Shown: in pieces, positions 22,601 through 28,615 of the stretch
How the letters are laid out: each line of letters begins with the position of its first letter
Position numbering within the stretch: the stretch's first letter is position 1
Sequence record: MN159079.1
DNA: 64,000 bases
Strand: one strand, 5' to 3'
The notes under the pieces: generated by a model
Databases searched by the model: none
What the model was told of the DNA's origin: nothing
What the model saw: only the letters and a program-made list of their open reading frames with translations
Made by a program: the position numbers and the translations under genes

Positions 22601-22769
22601 TCTGGATAAATGGAACACTAGTAATGTAATTAATATGGGTTCGACGTTCCGTGACGCCAAACAGTTTAACCAGGATCTGAGTATGTGGGATACCTCCAAG
22701 GTAACCAACCACGATGCCTTCGATACTGGAGCGACTGCTTGGACCAAGCCACGTCCTAACTTCGCTTAA
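16641..22769 (+). CDS. Tail fibre-like protein 3 with C-terminal DUF285/BspA-like repeat solenoid, 2042 aa
   Basis: N-terminal AVHGENKHTVGLGNKDNYPMAT fibre motif. The family C-terminal signature (PVIDGRRMSWYGYGSTVPVLLG) sits internally near 19.7 kb and is followed by about 33 repeats of about 25 aa. Confidence 0.8.
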   Translation: MYVDKDKPQPPLDERTDPVGVVLEAFIENDRKVQEVTGDIVDTIKDIQNAQTSATQKLDKFDADVKAKLKTHVDKRGAVHGENKHTVGLGNKDNYPMATMQEHVDGKALAYAHPSGLRELVESRVKSDPTKYIPARVIPLASGGMLGEVPQYHMDLSIGELDQSKQDPNLHLGETPWEFSTTSGALIFPTINNAPHHGRYTQVPQGMNVFSHGPHGGTKIRVYNKTLDSRRTRPSFIRGWGDASGAPEQLGTCVKAGSSLFDKTHVIYRENNWLLRSFNKNALPSDVVEIYKYYSKEPEGIFEYAEGFLFNYWVTPLNAIVPGGSVAEPHIKLDMRCFKMDVADYRAAQGAVSLNGEQRSSLGDATQTFSATVPAHNKMVFGSQAGSGVGSIYIRLNRLLTLPGGMENAFLANLNQDLVRQLTFAWRNRMSYHGLFRIPVGWWNKQKTKYWHAWVDFEIIDRPFYTGLNNQLRVLTADPSWNTVQTVDANWNVTGSGMFKEYRADIKDNPMHPLALGGIFESQGGHMKTYTLYGRQYTAYHQHDMGQSLDFITKGNVPLPPPTQSEYSARSTLNGTGLYGDHLRHIPVDIDQQTGLVTYLTHVRDYRDRYRWARVVIDGEQEVVQDRFYGNYLGPKVQKLDWLPGIKTPRPFVISNDDFQPTMNINGLVFTAENKFLGFGSFRTNEANQDYLEYVDEIRLDEQVIAWVKSNAGGFTNPDLLFFYFRGSLFWFCRCSDPAEYPADGKDCYYGVIKDCGVKLDGGGARVMGPNGSIADSITINKFNLMTKNSLLVDQAEVYGIDSLSGRDVYIMMTQHHNDSGTQDHDVMVNMGPFNNFYIEMKLIRSGDGTMTFRPKPEAIDPVFPYTESNGFQIDYDAHTLYGTKIPERFHVNYQSPVMLKKGMWSYRKTPNNFGFFTRRHGFVTITGCVMTSYYGTDVYPMGSVLTVSGKNTVVKKPVQFSPDDIDGSSELFVRIVGDEPVLYGTNFNPNGYEVEPHNGAAPAGWGSGSNFYYYDPASWRNTFMPVIDGRRMSWYGYGSTVPVLLGKPGEGLPINRYYFGTQSTQMTWDTAKGRVVKFDAEIATTVAVNGNAEVTGSATQYVIPAQYTGVVTIDLYNANKLIWAPGLTNLIRLGSEIMEVDFSGSDQFTISAPLPKRVTSLKRAFYKAKGASYPGLQNWNVTGVTDFTECFAETTAFNQDLSNWTFVMGRTLRGMFQNAVAFNQPVPGTWFQYILDCSYMFAGSGAFNKPLTGTALQCKTAIGMFQGSKAFNSSIDGLKFLEIVDISDFFRESVVFNQSINGFDVSKVERAERMFQGAKGFLQPITLNMKQCHSVSGMFKDNLVFNALVNISLPICTDFSQMFMGTKLFNQKLPAWSFSPRTTLREMFSGSKAYNQSMDHWMMERVASISRMFQFAGAYQQPIKTWTFYKLVDCSYLFANSSFNADVNDIKWPSDPTLGINATGIFYYNLVYNQPLSKWNTVAFKLFNGIFNLARSFNQDISAWNVSNGENFENLFKDAIEFDGDISNWNVGKSKTFSYFAANAVKFKSDLSKWDVSSCFNFEAMFRHCLAFDSDISEWDVSNGTTFEWMFDGYSLTETVTPEYFMIFNQDLSKWNVGKGVRFNAMFRKCQLFTSDLSGWDMTNAQEVGAMFQHCYEFQSELASWKVAKFTHVRYMFFHAHNFNAPIPDWDVSRCTEFDQMFSYTYMFNQDLSNWDMSNARNLNRMFDVAVAFNGNVSTWDVSNVVTFWGMFRDAAVFNGDLSGWVTSNANDFSGMFQDALSFDRDLSGWDVSKGIKFNAMFRSTKCNFGMNNWNVGNATTFAEMFKGNIVFNQKLSTWKTGKVTDMAHMFSGCKALTDPAIGNWDTGRVELMNQMFFDCPLFNSDISGWNVSNVTNFSRMFMSAFKFNANLSTWNVSNGVTFERMFHTTELFNQPLNTWRMVKGEDFTDMFYGAKAFNQPINDWGMASAKTLSGMFRGSPVFNQPLDKWNTSNVINMGSTFRDAKQFNQDLSMWDTSKVTNHDAFDTGATAWTKPRPNFA
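20160..22766 (+). repeat. About 33 tandem ~25-aa coding repeats, consensus FNQDLSxWDVSNVTxFxxMF (DUF285 / bacterial surface protein 26-residue repeat)
   Basis: Counted by eye from the translation. The first ~12 units are degenerate and the last ~21 are canonical; one unit carries an insertion (YSLTETVTPEYFMI). Confidence 0.9.
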
Positions 22770-22786
22770 CAAACGTAATTAAAGTA

Positions 22787-22822
22787 ACCCTCACCTCCCC
22801 GTCAAGGGAGGTGAGGGTCTTT
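22787..22822. terminator. Bidirectional intrinsic terminator
   Basis: ACCCTCACCTCCC-CGTCAA-GGGAGGTGAGGGT between convergent genes, with A/T tracts on both sides. Confidence 0.85.
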
Positions 22823-22832
22823 ATCTTATTTG

Positions 22833-23801
22833 TTAGGTTTGGGCTACATCAGTAACACCGTTACCATTCTGAACTTTGCCGTGCTTGTGAGAATCGAGAT
22901 CGTTACTACCTGATTTCACACCAGACTGACCAGTAACAGTACCACCAGAAGTAACATTACCAGTATTGGTAAAGTTACCTGTTTGATCCGTGTCACCTTC
23001 ATGTGTTACGTTCCCCTTCACAAAAATGTTGGGTGATCTGAGATTGGTTTGTTTCCCAATGTCAAGGTTCATACTCTCTTCACATTGGATATCCAGCACC
23101 TTCGTTTTGACCGCAATCTTCTCCTTAGCCCTGAGAAGCATTGTATCTTCACAAGTCGCCGTGATATTCTTCTTTTCAATAGCGACAATGGACTTCTCTT
23201 GGTTTTGGAATGCCCACATATGTTCCATGCTATTGAGTACGAAAGCGTTCTCTTCACCATCAACCAATGAGAAACCACCATTACCAGTGTCCAGCGTAAT
23301 CGCATAACTGGTCGGTTCTCCATTACCTTGACCCGTAAGCAGTTGGAACTTTTTGGTATGAGTACTGATCAAGAAGATATAATAGTTGTCAGTATTGAAG
23401 GGAGAATCTTCATTTACCTTGGGAGATGCGGAAATCGCCCAGATGATGGTTTCAAGGCGAAGCGTTCCATCCATACCGAAATACATCCAACGATACGTGT
23501 TGGTACCCTTGAACTTATAAACAACTACTTTACTACCTTTCCGTACATCGGGGGAGGTGATCCGGTTAGTGTTAAATGGGAGCCAGATGCAAGGAGTGCC
23601 ATTCGAGCGTAAAGCTTTACTGGAGTGTGTATCTCCTGTAGGGGATTGAGTTGTTACCTCAACATCTTCTACTGATGCTTGTAACCCGCCATCCGCTTCC
23701 GGGAAAAGTGATGGAATATAAACCAACACCTCATCGGTATTTGTTTGTTTATCTTCCAATACTTCGCCAACACCGAAGCATTCTAAAACGTTATCGATCA
23801 T
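22833..23801 (-). CDS. Baseplate central spike (phiKZ gp164 / P2 gpV / phi92 gp138-like), 322 aa
   Basis: N-terminal OB-type region (W.P.N.NR.T.PDVRKG..V), beta-helix-like V/T/G-rich repeats, and a C-terminal LDSHKHG HxH metal-binding apex. Confidence 0.8.
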   Translation of the reverse strand: MIDNVLECFGVGEVLEDKQTNTDEVLVYIPSLFPEADGGLQASVEDVEVTTQSPTGDTHSSKALRSNGTPCIWLPFNTNRITSPDVRKGSKVVVYKFKGTNTYRWMYFGMDGTLRLETIIWAISASPKVNEDSPFNTDNYYIFLISTHTKKFQLLTGQGNGEPTSYAITLDTGNGGFSLVDGEENAFVLNSMEHMWAFQNQEKSIVAIEKKNITATCEDTMLLRAKEKIAVKTKVLDIQCEESMNLDIGKQTNLRSPNIFVKGNVTHEGDTDQTGNFTNTGNVTSGGTVTGQSGVKSGSNDLDSHKHGKVQNGNGVTDVAQT

Positions 23802-23821
23802 TATAACTCCAAGAGGAAAAT

Positions 23822-26302
23822 ATGATTACTGGTTTGATTATAAAGGATTGCATTCCGCTCGCAAGAAAAGGCATTACCAGTATTGAATTGGATACCAGAG
23901 AGCAGTGGAACATTCTGATAGCCCGAAACGGTTTCGGGAAAACCACACTGCTTCGTTTAATGACCCCGCTTCCTCCCGACAATGCTGACTTTGGACCCAA
24001 TGGTTACAAAGAGTGGCGTTTTGTCGATGACCGCGGGACATTCATTCTCAAAAGCAAAACTGGTAAAAACTCTACTCACGAATTTATTCATAACGGCACC
24101 AACCTCAATGAGGGTAAAACCCTTATGGTGCAACGAGACCTCGTCAAGATACACTTTGGTATCACTCAACAGATTGTTGACGTTTTGACAGGACTTGATA
24201 TTCGTGATCTCTTCACCACTATGTCAGCAGCTCGTCGCAAAGACTTCTTGATGACAGTTAACCCCAACGATACTTCATACGCACTGAAACGCTGGGAGAA
24301 GCTTAAAAGCAATCACAACACATTACGTGGTGGTTTGAAAACCCAACGTCAACGTTTAGTAGTTGAAGAAGGACGTCTCACCCAACTGGCGGCAATGGAT
24401 GCTGATAAGCTCAGGGAAGAAATTGCCAACCTGGACACACAGATAAAAGACGCACTGGTACTCCATGGTAAACTGGCGAATGTCAAGCACAGAGAGATAC
24501 AACCTCTCAAGCAAGAAATCAATGACATCATCTCCAGACTTCTGGGTAATGATCACCGCATCAAACTCACATCCGGTCAGTACGGTCAACAACTGGAAGA
24601 TCTCACCACAAGACTCGATCGATTGAACCTGGCGTCCAGCAGGCTGTCTGGGATCCACGCAGAGCTCGTTCAACAGCTCCAAGGTGTGGATTCAGGGAGT
24701 CAGAATCTCGATGGCTATAAGAAGCGTGTAGAGATGATTGAGCAGACTCTGGAAAGTCTCAAGTCCAACATCGAACTGATCGAATTGTTCTTTACTGATC
24801 ATCAGTTCTTTATGGAAGGTGAGTTCTTTAGGAGCGAAGCGGTAACCACCAACGGGACTGAGTTGATTGAACAACTTCGATTGGTTCATCGAGCCCGCGA
24901 CGAGAACGCAACTAGTGAGAAGTTTAAGTCCGTTCAGGAGAAACTGACCCACAAGAAAAATGAACTGGCAAATATCGAAGCTGATATCACTCAGATCAAT
25001 CACCAACTCCAACATTACCAGAAAGCGGAAACTGTCGAATGCCCTGATTGCACCAAGAAGTTCAAACTGGGGTTTGAAAAGTTCAATCCTCAAGAACTGG
25101 TAAAAATCAGAGACGAGCGAGTTGCCAATAAAGAAGTCATCCAAACCCAAATTCGTAAGTACAGCGATTATGTCGAGGCTAACGAAGATTGGTACGGGAC
25201 CATGGCAAGTTTCATGAGATACGTACGTCGTCTTGAACACTCAGATGAGATTCTCCGCCTGGTGAGTCATTACAACGTAGGTAAAGCTGAAACTATCGTA
25301 CTTCAAGAGTGTCTCCGCCGAGCGGTTCAACTGGACAAGTCTGTAAAGCAATACGCTAGCCTGGAGGAAGAGAAACAAAGTCTGATACGTGACATTAATT
25401 ACCTTGAAAGTTCTGATGTCAATGCACTGTTCCTGAGAGCCGAAGAGGTTGAGCGTGAGATGGCTATCACTCAACGTCAGATAGGACGTGTTCGACAGGA
25501 CATTAAGGACACACAGGAGAAAATCGACATCATTATCGATGATGGTTATCGCCGTGATCGCCTTAGTGAACTGATGGCACAAATCCAAGATGTGCTTGAA
25601 CAGAACGGTCTGTACCGGATCAAGTTACGGGTTAAGGAAGCTATCGATGAACTTTCACCTCAGAAAGAACAGATGATCGGTAACCTTATTCGTGCTGAAT
25701 CTCTGAACTCTGTTATCCAGTCAATCAAGGACGATATTGCCAACCTTGAAAAACGTGAACGTCATACCCAACTTCTGTTGGATGGACTTTCTCCGGTTAA
25801 AGGGTTCATTGGTTATCTCATGAATGATTTCCTCAAATCAGTCATCGGGAATATCAACGTGATCCTTCAAGAGGTGTGGACAACTCGTCTCCGTGTTCTT
25901 AACTGTTCGACCAGTAAAGATGAAGATAGTGTTGACCTCAACTACCAGTTCCCAGCACTAACCAGTTCCGATAACCATCCGAATAAAGATATCTCTCAAT
26001 GTTCAGGTGGTGAACGTGAACTCATCAACTTTGCTTTCCGTCTTGTGGTTCTTCGTTACATGGGTCCAAAATGTGGAATTCCATTGATGATGGATGAAGT
26101 CGGTGTTGCACTGGATGAGCTTCACCGTGGGATGTTCCGTGCTTGGATGTCTGAGCAGAATCGTACAGATGCGTTGCCGAAGGTCTTTATGATCTCTCAC
26201 GACTACGCTCAGTTCGGTGCAACTCACGCCAACTTTATCGGACTGAATACCGAAGGGTTGAAGGTTCCGGCTAATGTCAATGCCAGAAGTGTGATACGTT
26301 AA
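23822..26302 (+). CDS. sbcC: SbcC/Rad50-like SMC-family ATPase (phiKZ gp165-like), 826 aa
   Basis: Walker A ARNGFGKTT, long coiled coils, central CPDC zinc hook, signature CSGGE, Walker B LMMDE, H-loop ISHD. Confidence 0.9.
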   Translation: MITGLIIKDCIPLARKGITSIELDTREQWNILIARNGFGKTTLLRLMTPLPPDNADFGPNGYKEWRFVDDRGTFILKSKTGKNSTHEFIHNGTNLNEGKTLMVQRDLVKIHFGITQQIVDVLTGLDIRDLFTTMSAARRKDFLMTVNPNDTSYALKRWEKLKSNHNTLRGGLKTQRQRLVVEEGRLTQLAAMDADKLREEIANLDTQIKDALVLHGKLANVKHREIQPLKQEINDIISRLLGNDHRIKLTSGQYGQQLEDLTTRLDRLNLASSRLSGIHAELVQQLQGVDSGSQNLDGYKKRVEMIEQTLESLKSNIELIELFFTDHQFFMEGEFFRSEAVTTNGTELIEQLRLVHRARDENATSEKFKSVQEKLTHKKNELANIEADITQINHQLQHYQKAETVECPDCTKKFKLGFEKFNPQELVKIRDERVANKEVIQTQIRKYSDYVEANEDWYGTMASFMRYVRRLEHSDEILRLVSHYNVGKAETIVLQECLRRAVQLDKSVKQYASLEEEKQSLIRDINYLESSDVNALFLRAEEVEREMAITQRQIGRVRQDIKDTQEKIDIIIDDGYRRDRLSELMAQIQDVLEQNGLYRIKLRVKEAIDELSPQKEQMIGNLIRAESLNSVIQSIKDDIANLEKRERHTQLLLDGLSPVKGFIGYLMNDFLKSVIGNINVILQEVWTTRLRVLNCSTSKDEDSVDLNYQFPALTSSDNHPNKDISQCSGGERELINFAFRLVVLRYMGPKCGIPLMMDEVGVALDELHRGMFRAWMSEQNRTDALPKVFMISHDYAQFGATHANFIGLNTEGLKVPANVNARSVIR

Positions 26303-26305
26303 GCT

Positions 26306-26339
26306 AGAACCTCTCAGAAGCAATTCTGAGAGGTTCTTT
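26306..26339 (+). terminator. Intrinsic terminator after sbcC
   Basis: AGAACCTCTCAGAA-GCAA-TTCTGAGAGGTTCT followed by TT. Confidence 0.85.
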
Positions 26340-26437
26340 AACTATGTCTATGGACTTTTACCTATATTGTGCCAAGAGCTGTTATATGTCGTTATGCGAC
26401 GTATAACGACTGAATGGTTTATGTTCCGCTATATCTT

Positions 26438-26461
26438 TTCAGATAGATATTATCCCAATGT
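26438..26461 (+). promoter_or_regulatory. Promoter-like motif copy 1 (probable early/virion-RNAP promoter)
   Basis: TTCAGATAGATATTATCCCAATGT; intergenic, after a terminator, upstream of a plus-strand operon. Confidence 0.7.
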
Positions 26462-26518
26462 ATGCACGTGGAGAAATTTGTGTATTACGCTTGAAGTACA
26501 AACAACTAGGAGTGACCT

Positions 26519-27277
26519 ATGAAGACGTACATTATGCTGATCATCGCTATGCTGTTCAGCACCATGGCTAACGCCTCCGTTGCCACTACGAGTACTAAGT
26601 ACAACGCTTATGCTCAACAAGTAATGCTGGATCGTTTCGACAGCATCAAAGGTGAGCTTTACGAAGCCTCCATCACGACCGGTATCAACATGAACGAGTT
26701 GGTTGCTATCGGTTCCCTCGAGTCTAAACTGAAGAACAATGTTCGACCTAAACGTGGAACAGCTCAAGGTGTACTCCAATACACCAATTCCACCTGGAAG
26801 AACAAACGTAAACAATACGCAGAAGAACTCGGTGTTCCAGCCAATGCCCACCAAACCAATCTCAAGGCCAACTTGACTATTGGTGGGAAGGATTTACAGG
26901 ACACCAAAGCAAGTCTCATCGCTCGCACGCATCTCACTGAAGAAACACTCACCTTAGGTGATGTTTATATGTCCCATTTCCTGGGAGAAGATGGTGCAGT
27001 TAAAGTGATCAATTCGTACAGTCACAAACCACTCAATCAAATTGTGACTTTGCATGCAGGAAACACTTACTATTACAAACCTAACGGTCAGGTCCGGACT
27101 GCGCGAGAAATGCGGCAGTACATGGATAAACTCGTTAAGGAAGAGTCACGGGTATATGAAGAAGCAATCATGCATTACCAAGTAAAGCGGATCTTCTCTC
27201 CTGTACACCAGCTGCTCACTGTCCTCCAGTCCAATCCCGTCAAAGACGTATTGGCTCGAGCGATAGTTCAAAGTTAA
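26519..27277 (+). CDS. Lytic transglycosylase (phiKZ gp144 catalytic-domain-like) with an N-terminal signal peptide, 252 aa
   Basis: SLES (catalytic Glu), A.GVLQY...TW and VYMSHFLG motifs of the gp144/SLT family. The N-terminus MKTYIMLIIAMLFSTMANA-S is a Sec signal with an AxA site; no peptidoglycan-binding domain is evident. Confidence 0.85.
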   Translation: MKTYIMLIIAMLFSTMANASVATTSTKYNAYAQQVMLDRFDSIKGELYEASITTGINMNELVAIGSLESKLKNNVRPKRGTAQGVLQYTNSTWKNKRKQYAEELGVPANAHQTNLKANLTIGGKDLQDTKASLIARTHLTEETLTLGDVYMSHFLGEDGAVKVINSYSHKPLNQIVTLHAGNTYYYKPNGQVRTAREMRQYMDKLVKEESRVYEEAIMHYQVKRIFSPVHQLLTVLQSNPVKDVLARAIVQS

Positions 27278-27336
27278 ATGGTAACGGGGTTCATGATGAT
27301 ATGGCGAGAACAATCTTTTATCTAAAGGCATTCATC

Positions 27337-27600
27337 ATGACCATTTCTGCTCTGGAATTTCAATGTCAGGTTCATCCTGACGGTTCATTGGAACCTGTAA
27401 ATCATTTCACCGGCAACATCATCACTGTCACTACCAACACCGACGTTAACGGTCAAAAGACCGGTTCCGTTGCTGTGCTGAACAGTGTGATTGCTTATCT
27501 GAGTTATGACTTCTCCGGTAACCGTGTTGTGGGGTACACGCCCACTTACGATAACCCGACGGTCATGAAAACCATGGAGCGTCTCTTCCCGCTTCTTTAA
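27337..27600 (+). CDS. Hypothetical protein, 87 aa
   Basis: ORF; start re-called to ATG 27337 (SD AAGG). Confidence 0.55.
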   Translation: MTISALEFQCQVHPDGSLEPVNHFTGNIITVTTNTDVNGQKTGSVAVLNSVIAYLSYDFSGNRVVGYTPTYDNPTVMKTMERLFPLL

Positions 27601-27627
27601 TTGGAAGAACACTGTAATGAACATACT

Positions 27628-27666
27628 CCTGGGATGGCCGTTTGGCCATCCCAGGTTATGTTTCTT
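27628..27666 (+). terminator. Intrinsic terminator
   Basis: CCTGGGATGGCC-GTTT-GGCCATCCCAGG followed by TTATGTTTCTTT. Confidence 0.75.
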
Positions 27667-27680
27667 TAGAGGAACTTGAA

Positions 27681-27848
27681 ATGAAAGTTGAACACGAGGT
27701 AACCGAGGTTATTCTGAACTATCACGAATTTACTATTGTGACAGTGAAGACTCCTAAAGGTTCTTTCCAAATGTCCGTAACTGGTCACAACCAACCCAAG
27801 GCCAAGACCAGCCGTATGGCAGAATCCATTCTCAAATCAATCAAGTAA
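27681..27848 (+). CDS. Small hypothetical protein, 55 aa
   Basis: SD GAGGA upstream of ATG 27681. The longer ORF-track start lies inside the terminator. Confidence 0.55.
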   Translation: MKVEHEVTEVILNYHEFTIVTVKTPKGSFQMSVTGHNQPKAKTSRMAESILKSIK

Positions 27849-27857
27849 GGAAGTGTT

Positions 27858-28607
27858 ATGCAAATCACTAAAGCGATGAGTCAAAATGTTTGTCTTCATA
27901 AATCAGAAAACGGTTCAATCCAACTGATCTATCGTCGTTCACGGGACCTGGGATTGCGGGCCTACATCAATCTCACTACCAAGACCGAAGATGCAATGGA
28001 CATCGTCCCAGGCATCTGTGGTAAGACCCGATATTCTCATCGGATCATCATCGACTGGCTGACCAGCGAACACAAGAAAGAAAACTACCCGGTGGAGTTA
28101 TTCACACTGGTAGCCGAATATCTTTCCCTGTTCAGATCAGACCCTGCTGTCCGTAAGGCAATGAGTCAATCATTGTACAAAATGTGCGGAGCTCTGGAGC
28201 GTGATTTCGAGAGATCCCGCATGTTCGGTAAGTCCAAGGGGAACCTTTTCTACAAACTGTGGGAACAGGAAGTCATCTCTCTGGATGACACCCCGAACGA
28301 AATGGAGTTCTTCAGACTCACTTTCGTCAAAACAGACACCAGCTACAATCTTGGGCTAGACTATCGTGTCCTCAAGGGAGACAAACCTGGCTGTTATGCG
28401 GGCCGCGTCGATCTGTCCAGGAACCCACCCATGGGGATTGATCAAATTTACGCACTGATCTGTAACGGGGTAAAGACCGTAGAACAGTGGAAACACATTT
28501 CCGGTGAACGAGCTGAAACCATCTTGGAAACCGCTGAGTACAACATGCACACCGACCTCGCTATGTTGGAAGAAGTGAGCTACCGTCACCAATGTAAACT
28601 CATCTAG
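27858..28607 (+). CDS. Hypothetical protein, 249 aa
   Basis: SD AAGGA; tight packing. Confidence 0.65.
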   Translation: MQITKAMSQNVCLHKSENGSIQLIYRRSRDLGLRAYINLTTKTEDAMDIVPGICGKTRYSHRIIIDWLTSEHKKENYPVELFTLVAEYLSLFRSDPAVRKAMSQSLYKMCGALERDFERSRMFGKSKGNLFYKLWEQEVISLDDTPNEMEFFRLTFVKTDTSYNLGLDYRVLKGDKPGCYAGRVDLSRNPPMGIDQIYALICNGVKTVEQWKHISGERAETILETAEYNMHTDLAMLEEVSYRHQCKLI

Positions 28608-28615
28608 GAGTTTAA

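Noticed and set aside
20160-22766. Regular ~75-bp periodicity resembling a CRISPR array or DGR variable region
   Set aside because: The repeats are in-frame protein repeats with synonymous divergence; there are no identical DNA repeats with unique spacers, and no reverse transcriptase or template repeat in the window.
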